52,741 nucleotides of DNA from Candidatus Enterousia sp. (GCA_045637165.1 JAZTYU010000010.1:1-52741), one strand, 5' to 3'. Counted from the first letter of the stretch, positions 1 through 11,821 are shown. The notes: generated by a model from the sequence alone, not told the origin. Numbers and translations: made by a program.

Positions 1-29
1 CCAAACAATCTGATAAATGCACGTTTCAT
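1..29 (-). CDS. 5' end of a gene running off the left edge (MKRAFIRLF...)
   Basis: Minus strand reads GGAGAGG-AAAATCAG-ATG, then an open frame to the window edge. Confidence 0.55.
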
Positions 30-101
30 CTGATTTTCCTCTCCTATTTCTGTTCCAACCGCCTTAGGAAAACGGTCCTTTGAAATCGGCACAATTTAAG
101 A

Positions 102-131
102 TTGACACACCCCGGATTTATCAGATAAAAT
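102..131 (+). promoter_or_regulatory. sigma70-type promoter
   Basis: TTGACA-18 nt-TAAAAT. Confidence 0.55.
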
Positions 132-136
132 ACATT

Positions 137-225
137 GAAAAGAAGTCGAATTTTAACCACCGTTTATATTCGGCATACAAAAAACTTCTACACTCCACAG
201 ATTCCACGCCTCACGGCGTTTTTTT
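137..225 (+). ncRNA. candidate ~90-nt small RNA
   Basis: Lies between the promoter and an ACGCC-TCAC-GGCGT-T-run terminator; no credible ORF; internal stems AGAAG/CTTCT and GTCGAAT/ATTCGGC. Confidence 0.4.
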
Positions 226-260
226 ATTTATTTTTTTACACAAAAAAAACACACCCTTTT

Positions 261-380
261 TGTCATTCCTGCGAAAGCAGGAATAGGGTCTTAAATCCAT
301 CAAAATCCTTATCATTGCGTGCAAAGCATAGCAATCCAGCCAATCCCACCACCCTTGTCATCCCTGCCCAATCCAGAAAC
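261..380 (+). repeat. cluster of REP-like palindromic elements
   Basis: TGTCATTCCTGCGAAAGCAGGAATAGGG at 261, ATCATTGCGTGCAAAGCATAGCAATCCAG at 311, decayed copy at ~356. Confidence 0.7.
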
Positions 381-396
381 AAAAAATTACCACAAA

Positions 397-420
397 AAAA
401 TCCCCCAAACGGGGGATTTT
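397..420 (-). terminator. intrinsic terminator of the recurrent ATCCCCC-GTTT-GGGGGAT family
   Basis: AAAATCCCCCAAACGGGGGATTTT directly after the autotransporter stop. Confidence 0.8.
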
Positions 421-424
421 CAAA

Positions 425-3400
425 TCAGAATCTATATGACCCCGATACCCTGATATTATGCAACTGAATATCATTATTGTATTGATAACGATAATCAACA
501 CCGATCTGAATACCATTTGCAGACAACATTTCTATACCACCACCAATATTTGCCCACAATGGGTCAATTTCAATATCATATCTGGTAAAATCATCTGCTG
601 GCACAAATTTATACTTTGCAAAATCCGGTGCCCCAAACACATCATATTCAACACCAATCGATGCATATGGTCGAATCTGGAACCATGCCGATGGATAAAT
701 ACGCTTTTGTGCGGTCAATGAATACCCTGGTGTGAATATAAAGTATCCATCTGACTTCAAACGCATATAGTCATCACCTGCTACCTTTTCCTTAATACTG
801 AAACCAAAGTTATACCCAGCACGTGCATACAGATTACCGACAATATATTGATTCAATATATCATGCATCAATCCCCATTCTGTAATCATACTGAATGCCA
901 ATCCATCACCATCAATTGAATCAACAAAATTCTGCGAACGATTTACATCAAACACATGCAAATCCAAGAACGCATTACCATATAGACGCATTTTTTCATT
1001 CAAAATCTGCATCAAATATCCACCGACCGCAACATCTGTATCCTTAACATCAATACGAACATCACCTGCGATAAATTCATCTGGCCTATATCCTAAATTC
1101 ATATTGTCGTCTGCAAACGACGACGTATGTGAAACACGTCCAGTCAATCCCAAAACCAGCGTATTTGATTCCTGCCAATCAAAACCACCAGAAACACTGA
1201 AACGATGACCGTCTGTATGCTTATCATCATCAATATTCTGATAGAACATACCATAATCAACGTCCAACCACGCCTTTTTCAACTGACGATTACGATTCCA
1301 AATAAATTCATCATACATGCGGTCTTCAAATGAACGGAATGTTGTATGTTCATTCAATGCGATACTGCCCATAATCTGTTCCAATTCACGAACCTGGAAC
1401 AAACGACTAAATCTGGCCAATCCTTCGCCTTCGGCGGTTTCGACATAGTATTCCATACGGTCATACAGTTCCTGGGCCATCTGTTCCATATTTGTATTTT
1501 CAAAAATCAATGGAATAACTTCGATTGGCGTTCCATTAAAGAACTTTTTATTATACGCCTGCCCCACCAACAAATTATCTAATGCACCTGCCGAAACATA
1601 TTCACCATCTGTGTGGTCTGGTTCACGACCAACAATTGGCTGAATCTTTAAATCTTCTATCAATTTTGGACCACCAAAACGTGGGTCAAAAACAATATAC
1701 AGACTGTCCGAAACACCATCATCATCAGAATCACGCACCGATACAAACACAGGCAAATCAGATTCTGTTCCATTCTTGGTATCCAGTGATTCCAGATAGT
1801 TATAACACAGCGAACCGTCTGCATTACAGAATTTTACATCCAAATTACGCAATTGTTCCAACTGGCTGAAATTTTCAACGCCACCATCTGCGTGCAAGAA
1901 CCAAATTGCTGTTCCCTGGTCAACAACATCAAACAACGAAATACCAATTTGTCCATTTGATAACACTGCACCAGCTGTATTGCTAATGGTTTCGCCATCA
2001 TATTGAACACCTGATGTAAACACGCCGCCAACACTAATCATCGCCTGCCCATCATCAGCATTTGTGATATCACCCAACGTATTATCGTCCTTCAAACTAA
2101 TCGTGGACCAATAATTTATATCCGTAGTATCTAATGATACGCCCGTCGCATATGGCAAGACCGCAGCATACAAACGACTGTTCAAATCAAATATATAATT
2201 ACCCCCGATTGTCATTTTTTCAAGGCCAATAAAATCAACACCACCTGAAACATTTCCAACAACTTCAACATTTTGCCAAATCGTTTTGCCATCGGCGTTT
2301 TTCACCGCCACAAATTCCAAATCCGTCGCTGTAATATCACCACCAACATCGATATCACTTGAATTTACAATCAATTTGCCATTTTGATTGATACCAGCGA
2401 CCAACAAACTAGGTGTTGTGATCTGATAATTATTCGCAACTATATTCACATCCTTGGCCAACAATGCACCAGTATAATTTTGATACAATATTGCCCCTGG
2501 ATTAAACGCATAGTCTGTCAGCAAACCAGCACCATCCAAGATTAAATTACCACCATTCATCACCAGCGATCTCAGTTCCAACACCCCATCACCAGAATCA
2601 ATATTTACAACACCAGAATTACTGGTAATTTTACCCAATTTGATTCCATTCAGCGAATTCAACGTCAACGCCCCAGCATTGGTTAAATCGCCACCCGTAA
2701 TTGAATTTCCTGCATTTAACACCACAGTTGCCCCACTGGCGATATTTAACCCACCAATCAAATTCACATTCGAATCAATTTCATAGGTTGTATTGCCAGA
2801 CGTTGCAACAAATTCACCACCAACTGTCAAATTTGCTACCGACAATTCACTTACCTGCAAATTCAACATCGCATCTGTGCCACCTTGACTCATATTCCCA
2901 GCAATATTGATATTACCAGCAACATCGACACTGTCTGCATTTACATTCGCCATTGTTCCTGCAGCACCATTGACAACCAAACTCTGCACTGAAACAGAAT
3001 CCGCAGTCAAATCCATTACACCGCCTGTCTGTGAAACTGCATCCGCAATAAAATCGGTCGCTGCCAAAACACTCAAAGAACCACTATTTGCAACATTTCC
3101 AGCATTTACAGCCCCCGTTTCGGAACTCAAAACAACATCACCAGAATTCTGCAAATCCAGCACATCAATCGTTGCACCTGTGATATCAATTGTGCCTGTA
3201 TTTTGGATATTTCCATTCACTTTTGCAGCACCCGTTGCGTTTACACGAACTGTTCCATTATTCGCCAACACACCACCAATTTCCAGCTCATCAGCAGACT
3301 CAAATACCAGTATATTACTATTTCCAACAGACGTCGCCCCAACACTAATATCCGCACCATCAGCAGTGGTTTTTAATGTCAACGTTGTCGTATCACGCAC

Positions 3401-5632
3401 AATCATACCAGCAGTTGGTGCTGTCGGGTCATTTGTCGAATCAAAATAGACATTTCCAGCAACATCAATATTTCCATTATCCGCAGTAATATTTTCACCG
3501 TGAACAAGGAACTTTCCATTTCCAGAAATCGTTCCTGCAATTAAATCGTCTGCGTATGTCTCAAAAACACCACCATTATTTGCGGTTAAATCACCATCAA
3601 TCTTTACATATGAATCCGGGCTTTTACCCAACGTCAGCATCCCCAGATTTTCAACTGTTGCATCACCTGAAACATCAATCAACGCCGAATCGATTTGAAC
3701 ATTACGCACAACAGAACTATCGATAACATTGACGTTTCCACCAATAACAACGGCATCCGCCCCCAGAACAAACGCAGGATTACCACTGGCAGCAATATTT
3801 ACATCGCCTGCATTGACCGCATCATTCGCACTAGCCGTCAAATCACCTGCGATTTGAACACTGCCGCCAACAGTCAAGTTCTTTAAACTATCCCCCAGAT
3901 TCAACGTTCCACCAGCAACTGTAATAACGTTATCAACCGTCATACTGCCAGCCAATGCATTCAGATTAACTGTGCCAGCAGACGCAACAACAGAACCAAT
4001 TTCAACTGCACCGCTTGCCGTATCAGAACCACGAACAGTTGTTGTTCCACCATTATTTGTCAAAACACCACCGATGCTAACATCCTTGGCCCAAATCGTT
4101 GTATTTCCATTTGAATTTGTCACATTACCAGAAATTTCAACAACACCACTTGATGCAGTCAACGAAGAAACAATCAATTCTGCATCAACCCCAGAATTAG
4201 ACACAGATGCCAGATTTACCGCATTACCATTTAATGTCATATCAGCATTATTTGAAACCGCCCCCTGAACGGTCAATGTTCCTGATGCGATAACATCAGT
4301 TACAGAACCTGCCGCCCCAACAATCTGACCTGACACATTGATATTACCAACTGCCGCACTGACAGCAGGTGCAACAATATCATACCCTGAATCCAAATCC
4401 GCCGCCTTGACGACCAATGACTTACCATTATTTCGAATTGTTGTCACATTGATATTCTGTGCCAAAATCGACATATCCGCTGTTGCATTTGCAACACCAT
4501 CAGAATTGATACCGTTCAAAATAGTCGAAACTTTGATATCGCCTTCACGCACTGCCAGATTAAAACTATCCAGATAATTCGAAAACGCATTAAACCATGT
4601 CTGACTGGTCGCACTTGAACCAAATTCCAATGTTCCAGTATCCAGACTAAACACATTATCCTTGGTCATCCCCCCCAAATTCATACCATATTCCAGATAT
4701 GTCTGCCCCACAACTGTTGCAAATAAATTACCACTATTCACAAGTGAATATGATGTCTGCGTTCCACCACTAACCTCCAACGAATCCAGATTCAACGTCA
4801 TTGTTGCAGATGTTGTCTCGTTCGTCAGCATTCCGCCAACCGTCATATCTGCCCCACGAACAGAAATATTCCCTGCGGACTTATTTTCAACGCTGCCGAC
4901 AACACTGATATCATCAGCAACAACCAAGTTCATCGCCCCTGCATTATTCTGAATTGTTCCATCCGAAGAAAACGCCCCACCTGCTGAAATATCCGTTGTT
5001 CCATCACTGTTTGCAACCAGCCCACCAATCGCAACATCACCTTTTGCATTAACTGTCATATTCCCAGCATTTGCATTAACCAACCCCACATCCACAGAAT
5101 TTGCAGACACAGTAAAATTACCGTATGCAATTACAGAACCACCAACCGTCAAGGCATCAATATTTTCCAAACTCAACGTTGCATTTTGTTCGGCACTACC
5201 AATTTTAATACCTTCATTTACATTTCCCGAACCAACGGTCAAATTAAACACCGTTGGATTTGTATCTGATGTCTTGAATCCCAACGTTTTTCCATCCAAG
5301 ACCTGTAAAATTGCACCAATTGAAATATCACCTGTTGACACAACCGTAAACGGACTCTGCACTGTATTCAAAACATACAAATCACCATTGATACTACCCT
5401 GGTCGGTGGCCATACCAACATACATATTATTCGCAATCGAAAAACCATTTGCCGACGAAATACCATTAACCGCCGCACTATTGATTGTTATCGAACTGCC
5501 GGCAGCAATTGCCTCTGTCCAAGATGCTTGTTCAGTTGAAATTGAATTCTGTCCAGATTCTGGATTAACGACCACAGCCCCCGCCCCCATTGGCAACAGG
5601 CAGCAAACAAAAGAAACTAACTTTTTTATCAT
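425..5632 (-). CDS. large autotransporter / outer-membrane adhesin-like protein
   Basis: Signal peptide from MIKKLV, long G/N/V/A/T-rich beta-helix-like passenger, C-terminal amphipathic strands ending VSGSYRF; start taken at ATG 5632 rather than TTG 5650. Confidence 0.8.
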   Translation of the reverse strand: MIKKLVSFVCCLLPMGAGAVVVNPESGQNSISTEQASWTEAIAAGSSITINSAAVNGISSANGFSIANNMYVGMATDQGSINGDLYVLNTVQSPFTVVSTGDISIGAILQVLDGKTLGFKTSDTNPTVFNLTVGSGNVNEGIKIGSAEQNATLSLENIDALTVGGSVIAYGNFTVSANSVDVGLVNANAGNMTVNAKGDVAIGGLVANSDGTTDISAGGAFSSDGTIQNNAGAMNLVVADDISVVGSVENKSAGNISVRGADMTVGGMLTNETTSATMTLNLDSLEVSGGTQTSYSLVNSGNLFATVVGQTYLEYGMNLGGMTKDNVFSLDTGTLEFGSSATSQTWFNAFSNYLDSFNLAVREGDIKVSTILNGINSDGVANATADMSILAQNINVTTIRNNGKSLVVKAADLDSGYDIVAPAVSAAVGNINVSGQIVGAAGSVTDVIASGTLTVQGAVSNNADMTLNGNAVNLASVSNSGVDAELIVSSLTASSGVVEISGNVTNSNGNTTIWAKDVSIGGVLTNNGGTTTVRGSDTASGAVEIGSVVASAGTVNLNALAGSMTVDNVITVAGGTLNLGDSLKNLTVGGSVQIAGDLTASANDAVNAGDVNIAASGNPAFVLGADAVVIGGNVNVIDSSVVRNVQIDSALIDVSGDATVENLGMLTLGKSPDSYVKIDGDLTANNGGVFETYADDLIAGTISGNGKFLVHGENITADNGNIDVAGNVYFDSTNDPTAPTAGMIVRDTTTLTLKTTADGADISVGATSVGNSNILVFESADELEIGGVLANNGTVRVNATGAAKVNGNIQNTGTIDITGATIDVLDLQNSGDVVLSSETGAVNAGNVANSGSLSVLAATDFIADAVSQTGGVMDLTADSVSVQSLVVNGAAGTMANVNADSVDVAGNINIAGNMSQGGTDAMLNLQVSELSVANLTVGGEFVATSGNTTYEIDSNVNLIGGLNIASGATVVLNAGNSITGGDLTNAGALTLNSLNGIKLGKITSNSGVVNIDSGDGVLELRSLVMNGGNLILDGAGLLTDYAFNPGAILYQNYTGALLAKDVNIVANNYQITTPSLLVAGINQNGKLIVNSSDIDVGGDITATDLEFVAVKNADGKTIWQNVEVVGNVSGGVDFIGLEKMTIGGNYIFDLNSRLYAAVLPYATGVSLDTTDINYWSTISLKDDNTLGDITNADDGQAMISVGGVFTSGVQYDGETISNTAGAVLSNGQIGISLFDVVDQGTAIWFLHADGGVENFSQLEQLRNLDVKFCNADGSLCYNYLESLDTKNGTESDLPVFVSVRDSDDDGVSDSLYIVFDPRFGGPKLIEDLKIQPIVGREPDHTDGEYVSAGALDNLLVGQAYNKKFFNGTPIEVIPLIFENTNMEQMAQELYDRMEYYVETAEGEGLARFSRLFQVRELEQIMGSIALNEHTTFRSFEDRMYDEFIWNRNRQLKKAWLDVDYGMFYQNIDDDKHTDGHRFSVSGGFDWQESNTLVLGLTGRVSHTSSFADDNMNLGYRPDEFIAGDVRIDVKDTDVAVGGYLMQILNEKMRLYGNAFLDLHVFDVNRSQNFVDSIDGDGLAFSMITEWGLMHDILNQYIVGNLYARAGYNFGFSIKEKVAGDDYMRLKSDGYFIFTPGYSLTAQKRIYPSAWFQIRPYASIGVEYDVFGAPDFAKYKFVPADDFTRYDIEIDPLWANIGGGIEMLSANGIQIGVDYRYQYNNDIQLHNIRVSGSYRF

Positions 5633-5744
5633 TTTTCTATTTTCTTCCAATCCTAAATGTGATTATATTATCACACATTTAGTCTGAACAAGGCAAGACT
5701 AAAATGTAAACATTTTGATTTTTGTTATATAATATAAAAGGTAA

Positions 5745-7019
<1,275 letters not shown>

Positions 7020-7073
7020 TCCACAGCGAATGGATTTAGGGGGGCACACAAACGCCCCCTTTTCTATAAAAAA

Positions 7074-7280
7074 ATGATATTAAACATAGATATCTTGGCC
7101 ATTGTAAAATACGCACTAGGTGTGATGATTTTACTGGCGATTATATTTGCCCCCGCCTGGATTGCACGCCAAAACGGCAAGGGTAAACCCGATATGCACG
7201 CCGTCCGCTTGGGCAGTTGGATATTTTCCTGGTCAATTATTGGCTGGCTGTGGGCATTATTCTGGGCCACCCGAAAATAA
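7074..7280 (+). CDS. superinfection immunity (T4 Imm-like) small membrane protein
   Basis: IIFAPAWIA...IFSWSIIGWLWALFWA pattern in a 68-aa hydrophobic protein. Confidence 0.75.
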   Translation: MILNIDILAIVKYALGVMILLAIIFAPAWIARQNGKGKPDMHAVRLGSWIFSWSIIGWLWALFWATRK

Positions 7281-7286
7281 CCCCTT

Positions 7287-7332
7287 TGTCATTCCTGCGA
7301 AGGCAGAAATAGGGAAAATCCATAATCCCACC
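7287..7332 (+). repeat. REP-like palindromic element
   Basis: TGTCATTCCTGCGAAGGCAGAAATAGGG plus CATAATCCCACC linker, matching the copies at 261 and 37634. Confidence 0.7.
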
Positions 7333-7344
7333 GAATTTATAAAC

Positions 7345-7368
7345 AAATCCCCCAAACGGGGGATTTTT
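7345..7368. terminator. recurrent-family terminator between convergent genes
   Basis: AAATCCCCCAAACGGGGGATTTTT. Confidence 0.75.
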
Positions 7369-7369
7369 A

Positions 7370-8608
7370 TTACAACTGAATATACATTGCTGGATTTTTT
7401 TCCAACTGTTTAATACCATCATCTAAAATCTTGCGGTATTCAATAAACTTTTTCTTATCTTCTTTGCCCAGATTACTAATCGCTGGCAGTTTTACAGTCA
7501 TCGGATTCACATGAACACCATCTTTGATAATTTCATAGTGCAAATGCGGCCCTGTTGAATACCCTGTTGAGCCAACATATCCAATCGTCTGGCCCTGACG
7601 AACAGTTGTTCCAACATTTACGCCCTTGGCAAATCTGGACATATGTGCATACAACGTTTCATATGAACCATTATGCCTAATCTTTACGAAATTACCATGT
7701 CCACGGTTAAAACTGCGTGCAACAACACGGCCTGCCCCTGCGGCTGGAATCGGCGTGCCAGTCGATGCACGGAAATCAACCCCCTTGTGGGCACGTGTAT
7801 ATCCTAAAACTGGATGCTTACGATTTCTGGAAAAATTACTGGTAATTTTCGCATTATTTATTGGTGTTCGTTTCAAAGACTTTATCGCACCATTACCTTC
7901 GGCATCATAATATCCTGTTGTCCCATCCGATTTTCTAAATCTATACATCTGCACATTACCACGCAGTGCCTCGAACGAAACGGCCAAAACACGTCCATTA
8001 TCAATTTTTTTACCTTCGGAAAAATTTTCTTCATACAAAACCGAAAACTTTTGTCCTGCCCGAACATCACGTTCAAAGTCCATTTCAAATGCCAGCAAAT
8101 CATAAACATCTGCCAAGATTCCAGCAGGAATTCCTGCACGCTGTCCAGCCAAATAGAAACTATCCCCGTCCAAGATTTCACCACTTCTGTAAACCGCCCG
8201 TGTATCACGCTGAATATCAACCGTCTTGCAATCCCACGCCCCTGATTCATTACACGTCAATTCCACCTGACGCCATGGCGACGGAATAACGACAATTTTT
8301 GATACTGGTGCATCATCGGCCGCCCGAACAAATTCCAGTTTATCACGGTCCGCACGCAAGGTCGTGATTTCTGCATCAGATTTCAAAACACTGGCAATCG
8401 TGTTGACATCATTATGATTTAACCCCTGTTCCAGCAACAGCTTTGATAACGTATCACCAGACGAAACAACAACCACAGACTTGCATTCATTCAATCGTGC
8501 TGTCCGTATTTGCCCGGGTGTCCGTTTGGTTATAACCAAGAAAGCGGCAACCAAACTCAACAGCACAGCCAACGCCACCACCAGTCGTGTTAGATTGCGA
8601 GTATTCAT
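7370..8608 (-). CDS. membrane-anchored M23 peptidoglycan DD-endopeptidase (MepM-like)
   Basis: HKGVD, YAHMS, STGPHLHYE zinc motifs; N-terminal TM and VSSGDTL LysM/OapA-like segment; start 8608 or 8629. Confidence 0.9.
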   Translation of the reverse strand: MNTRNLTRLVVALAVLLSLVAAFLVITKRTPGQIRTARLNECKSVVVVSSGDTLSKLLLEQGLNHNDVNTIASVLKSDAEITTLRADRDKLEFVRAADDAPVSKIVVIPSPWRQVELTCNESGAWDCKTVDIQRDTRAVYRSGEILDGDSFYLAGQRAGIPAGILADVYDLLAFEMDFERDVRAGQKFSVLYEENFSEGKKIDNGRVLAVSFEALRGNVQMYRFRKSDGTTGYYDAEGNGAIKSLKRTPINNAKITSNFSRNRKHPVLGYTRAHKGVDFRASTGTPIPAAGAGRVVARSFNRGHGNFVKIRHNGSYETLYAHMSRFAKGVNVGTTVRQGQTIGYVGSTGYSTGPHLHYEIIKDGVHVNPMTVKLPAISNLGKEDKKKFIEYRKILDDGIKQLEKNPAMYIQL

Positions 8609-8650
8609 AATATCTTTTGCTTTTTTCATAGCAGCGATTATAATGCCTTT

Positions 8651-9451
8651 ATGAACAGAAATCAAGCATTCACAGTCTTGCAACAGGCCGGTGGCATTCG
8701 TGCCGCCCGTGTTATAACTGAAAATACTAAAAATTTTTCCAGGATTTACATCCTTTATTTGGCACACCAATTACGTCGCAACGTTCCAGTTGCCAAATTA
8801 ATTCATAAAAAATGGTTTTATGGCCTGTGTTTTTACACAAACAAACACACCCTTGACCCACGCCCTGACACCGAAACACTGGTTGCCGGTGTCCTATCTG
8901 ACGTTTTACCAAATTCTACCCCACGTATTCTAGATTTAGGCACCGGCACAGGCTGTATAATATGTTCATTGGTAAAAAACATACCTGACGCAACGGGTAT
9001 TGCGATTGACAAATCACACCGTGCATTACACGTCGCACGTCGCAACATAAAAAATCTGGGATTGGAATCAAAAATCAAGACAATTCGAACAACATTTGAC
9101 CGTCCATATGATTTTGGCGAACGATTTGACATAATTGTTTCAAATCCGCCCTATATCCCATATAACGATTCCCGTGTAGATGACGGGGCCATCCACGACC
9201 CACATATGGCACTTTATGCTGCAAACAATGGTCTAGCCGCATATCAATCGATTGCAAAAAACGCCAAAGCCTGGATAAAATCTGACGGCAAACTGTTCCT
9301 GGAAATCGGCATTGACCAAGGAACAGATATAAAAACAATATTTATATCAAACGGCTGGGATTTACTGCGTTCTGAACCAGACCTAGCAGGCATTGAACGT
9401 GTCCTGGCATTCACCCCATCACAACAAAACAACATTATTCAAACACAATGA
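8651..9451 (+). CDS. prmC: release factor glutamine methyltransferase PrmC/HemK
   Basis: LDPRPDTETLV, LDLGTGTGC, VSNPPY, DP.MALY, LEIG motifs. Confidence 0.92.
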   Translation: MNRNQAFTVLQQAGGIRAARVITENTKNFSRIYILYLAHQLRRNVPVAKLIHKKWFYGLCFYTNKHTLDPRPDTETLVAGVLSDVLPNSTPRILDLGTGTGCIICSLVKNIPDATGIAIDKSHRALHVARRNIKNLGLESKIKTIRTTFDRPYDFGERFDIIVSNPPYIPYNDSRVDDGAIHDPHMALYAANNGLAAYQSIAKNAKAWIKSDGKLFLEIGIDQGTDIKTIFISNGWDLLRSEPDLAGIERVLAFTPSQQNNIIQTQ

Positions 9452-9828
9452 AAAAACTAACCGACGACGATATTAAACAGATGCTGGGGGATGAAATAAT
9501 ACCAGACGACACAGCGGTCCGCCGTTCTGTGCGTTCTGAACTGCACCTGTCCAGGCGTATCCCACACACACCACCAACCCCACAACACAGTGTTCTTGAT
9601 TTGCATACTCTGACCGAAGAACAGGCCTGGTCTGCAATATTAAACCTGGCAAAATCCGGAACACGCACCGCAAACATAATCACAGGGGCCAGTGGAATAT
9701 TAAAGATAAAGTTCCAACAATGGGCAACCGACAGTGTGCTATCCCCGTATATAATATCATTTCAACCAATCAACAACGGCAGTTTTTTTATCCGTTTCAA
9801 GCGTCCCGACAAAATATCATTGCATTAG
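9448..9828 (+). CDS. stand-alone Smr-domain protein
   Basis: VLDLH..TEEQA, IITGASG, NNGSFFI motifs; ATGA overlap with prmC. Confidence 0.85.
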   Translation: MKKLTDDDIKQMLGDEIIPDDTAVRRSVRSELHLSRRIPHTPPTPQHSVLDLHTLTEEQAWSAILNLAKSGTRTANIITGASGILKIKFQQWATDSVLSPYIISFQPINNGSFFIRFKRPDKISLH

Positions 9829-10776
9829 TTTAACAGGATTGATATATGTCCCATCTTTCTTTATTCCATAATGCAAATGCGGTCCTGTGCTGCGACCTGT
9901 ATTACCAGACTTTGCAATCAAATCACCCTTTTTTACTTGCTGATTTTGCTGAACCAACTGCTTGTCCAGATGACAATAAACCGTTTCATAGCCAGCACTG
10001 TGTGAAATCTTTATCCCACGCCCACACGTCCCATCTGTCCAAACACTAAGCACACGTCCGTTTGCTGGGGTAAAAACATCTGTTCCGCTTGCAACCGCCA
10101 AATCCACACCCTGATGATTATGCTGATTTCCCGTAACAGGGTGTGTTCTGCGTCCAAAAGGAGACGTAATATTTGGCCGCCCCTTAACTGGCCAACCAAC
10201 AGGCACCCACTGGGACAAAATTTGAGAATTCGACATATTTTGAAATTGCGATGTTGCATCCTCACCAGATGATGCAGATGGTTCTTCTGCCTGGGGTTGT
10301 GCTTGAAATATTTGCTGAACATCAGGCAATATATTTTGAACAACTTGAACAGTCTGCGTGCCCTGTGTCGACTGAACAGGTTGCACAACCTGCCCCAAAG
10401 ATACATGCCCCTGTGTTGGTTTTGGTGGCACAATTTGTGCCTGTTGTGCCACAAATGCCGGCAACACACCCTGACTTTGCAGTTCCGCCACAGCATTTTG
10501 TGTTTGTTGCTCCATACGTTTCAAATCTTCATCTATATCCATAGTGCTGAACGCACAACCACTTATGCACCGTCCATTTGAATCGTATTCCGTCTCCCAC
10601 GGTTCATACCCCTGGGCTAAAACCTGCATCCGTGTTTCAAAAGATGCATCATTAAATACAGTCGGAAAGCCTTGTGGCTTTAAAAAACTGCGTGCAACAC
10701 GGGTCAACGCCCCCTCTTCTGCATCCACAGCATTTACAAACAAACAACACAAAAATACAAAACCCCACAATCTCAT
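9817..10776 (-). CDS. secreted M23 metallopeptidase with Gln-rich linker
   Basis: ITSPFGRRTHP, HQGVD, YCHL, STGPHLHY; signal peptide from MRLWGF. Confidence 0.9.
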   Translation of the reverse strand: MRLWGFVFLCCLFVNAVDAEEGALTRVARSFLKPQGFPTVFNDASFETRMQVLAQGYEPWETEYDSNGRCISGCAFSTMDIDEDLKRMEQQTQNAVAELQSQGVLPAFVAQQAQIVPPKPTQGHVSLGQVVQPVQSTQGTQTVQVVQNILPDVQQIFQAQPQAEEPSASSGEDATSQFQNMSNSQILSQWVPVGWPVKGRPNITSPFGRRTHPVTGNQHNHQGVDLAVASGTDVFTPANGRVLSVWTDGTCGRGIKISHSAGYETVYCHLDKQLVQQNQQVKKGDLIAKSGNTGRSTGPHLHYGIKKDGTYINPVKLMQ

Positions 10777-10879
10777 AAAAAATATTATAACACAAAAACA
10801 TAATAACCTCAGAAATAAAATCCTTAACATCTGATTATTTTTATATCATAATCCCAGCATAAAACCCCAGGAACTAAAT

Positions 10880-11821
10880 ATGTCCCCAATAAAAACGGTT
10901 TATGACCATATTCGCAGCAACAATATCAAGACAATTATACTGCTGGCACTGTTTCCAATATCCTTTATTGCCCTGCTATTTATTGCCTTTACTTTCAGCA
11001 GCCCACAACAAGAAGCCTTGACCACATCTATGATGATTGCTGGCCCAATATTTACAATTTGTGCGATTTGGATGCTGATATCATGGGCATTTGGTGATTC
11101 AATGATGTTAAACATCGCAAACGCAACAGAAATTAAACCCGACGATTCTGAATATCGTGAAATCTTTCGCAACGTTGAAAACATATCCCTGGCGGCCGGT
11201 CTGCCAACACCCCGTGTTTACATAATCCACAGCAATTCACTTAACGCCTTTGCCACAGGCCGCACCCCACGTGATGCATCAATTGCACTAACCACTGGAA
11301 TTATCAAAAAACTAAACAAATCAGAACTTGATGGCGTAATTGCACACGAAATGGCCCACATCGGCAATCGTGACATTCGCCTAGACATGTTAATGATAAC
11401 AGGTGTCGGCGTAACAGTATTTATCGCAAATATATTGTGGCATACCGCAACCCATAACATCGGCACACGTGACAAAGAAAAACAAGGCATTGATTTAACT
11501 ATCTGGTTATGCTGGCTGGTTTTAAGTATATTCAATGTAATAATCGTTCCCGTATTGCGTATGGCGGTATCACGCAACCGTGAATATGCCGCTGATGCCA
11601 CCGGGGCCCACATAACCCGTAATCCAAACGCACTGGCGTCCGCACTGCGTAAAATCAGTGATGATTCACGCCTGCCGCAATTGGACCGTGCAAAAACAAT
11701 GGCATCTGCATGCATTGCATTTCCAGGCAACCCACGTGAATTTTTTGGCGAATTGTTGGCGACCCACCCACCGATTGACAGCCGCATTAAACGCCTGGAA
11801 TCAATGACAATAAAACAATAA
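10880..11821 (+). CDS. htpX: M48 zinc metalloprotease HtpX
   Basis: NAFATG, AHEMAH, SRNREYAAD, LATHPP. Confidence 0.93.
   Translation: MSPIKTVYDHIRSNNIKTIILLALFPISFIALLFIAFTFSSPQQEALTTSMMIAGPIFTICAIWMLISWAFGDSMMLNIANATEIKPDDSEYREIFRNVENISLAAGLPTPRVYIIHSNSLNAFATGRTPRDASIALTTGIIKKLNKSELDGVIAHEMAHIGNRDIRLDMLMITGVGVTVFIANILWHTATHNIGTRDKEKQGIDLTIWLCWLVLSIFNVIIVPVLRMAVSRNREYAADATGAHITRNPNALASALRKISDDSRLPQLDRAKTMASACIAFPGNPREFFGELLATHPPIDSRIKRLESMTIKQ

Noticed and set aside
2701-5687. Plus-strand ORFs inside the autotransporter, and similar antisense ORFs over eno, nifJ, ctpA and tyrS
   Set aside because: Shadow frames caused by biased codon usage; no RBS or motifs
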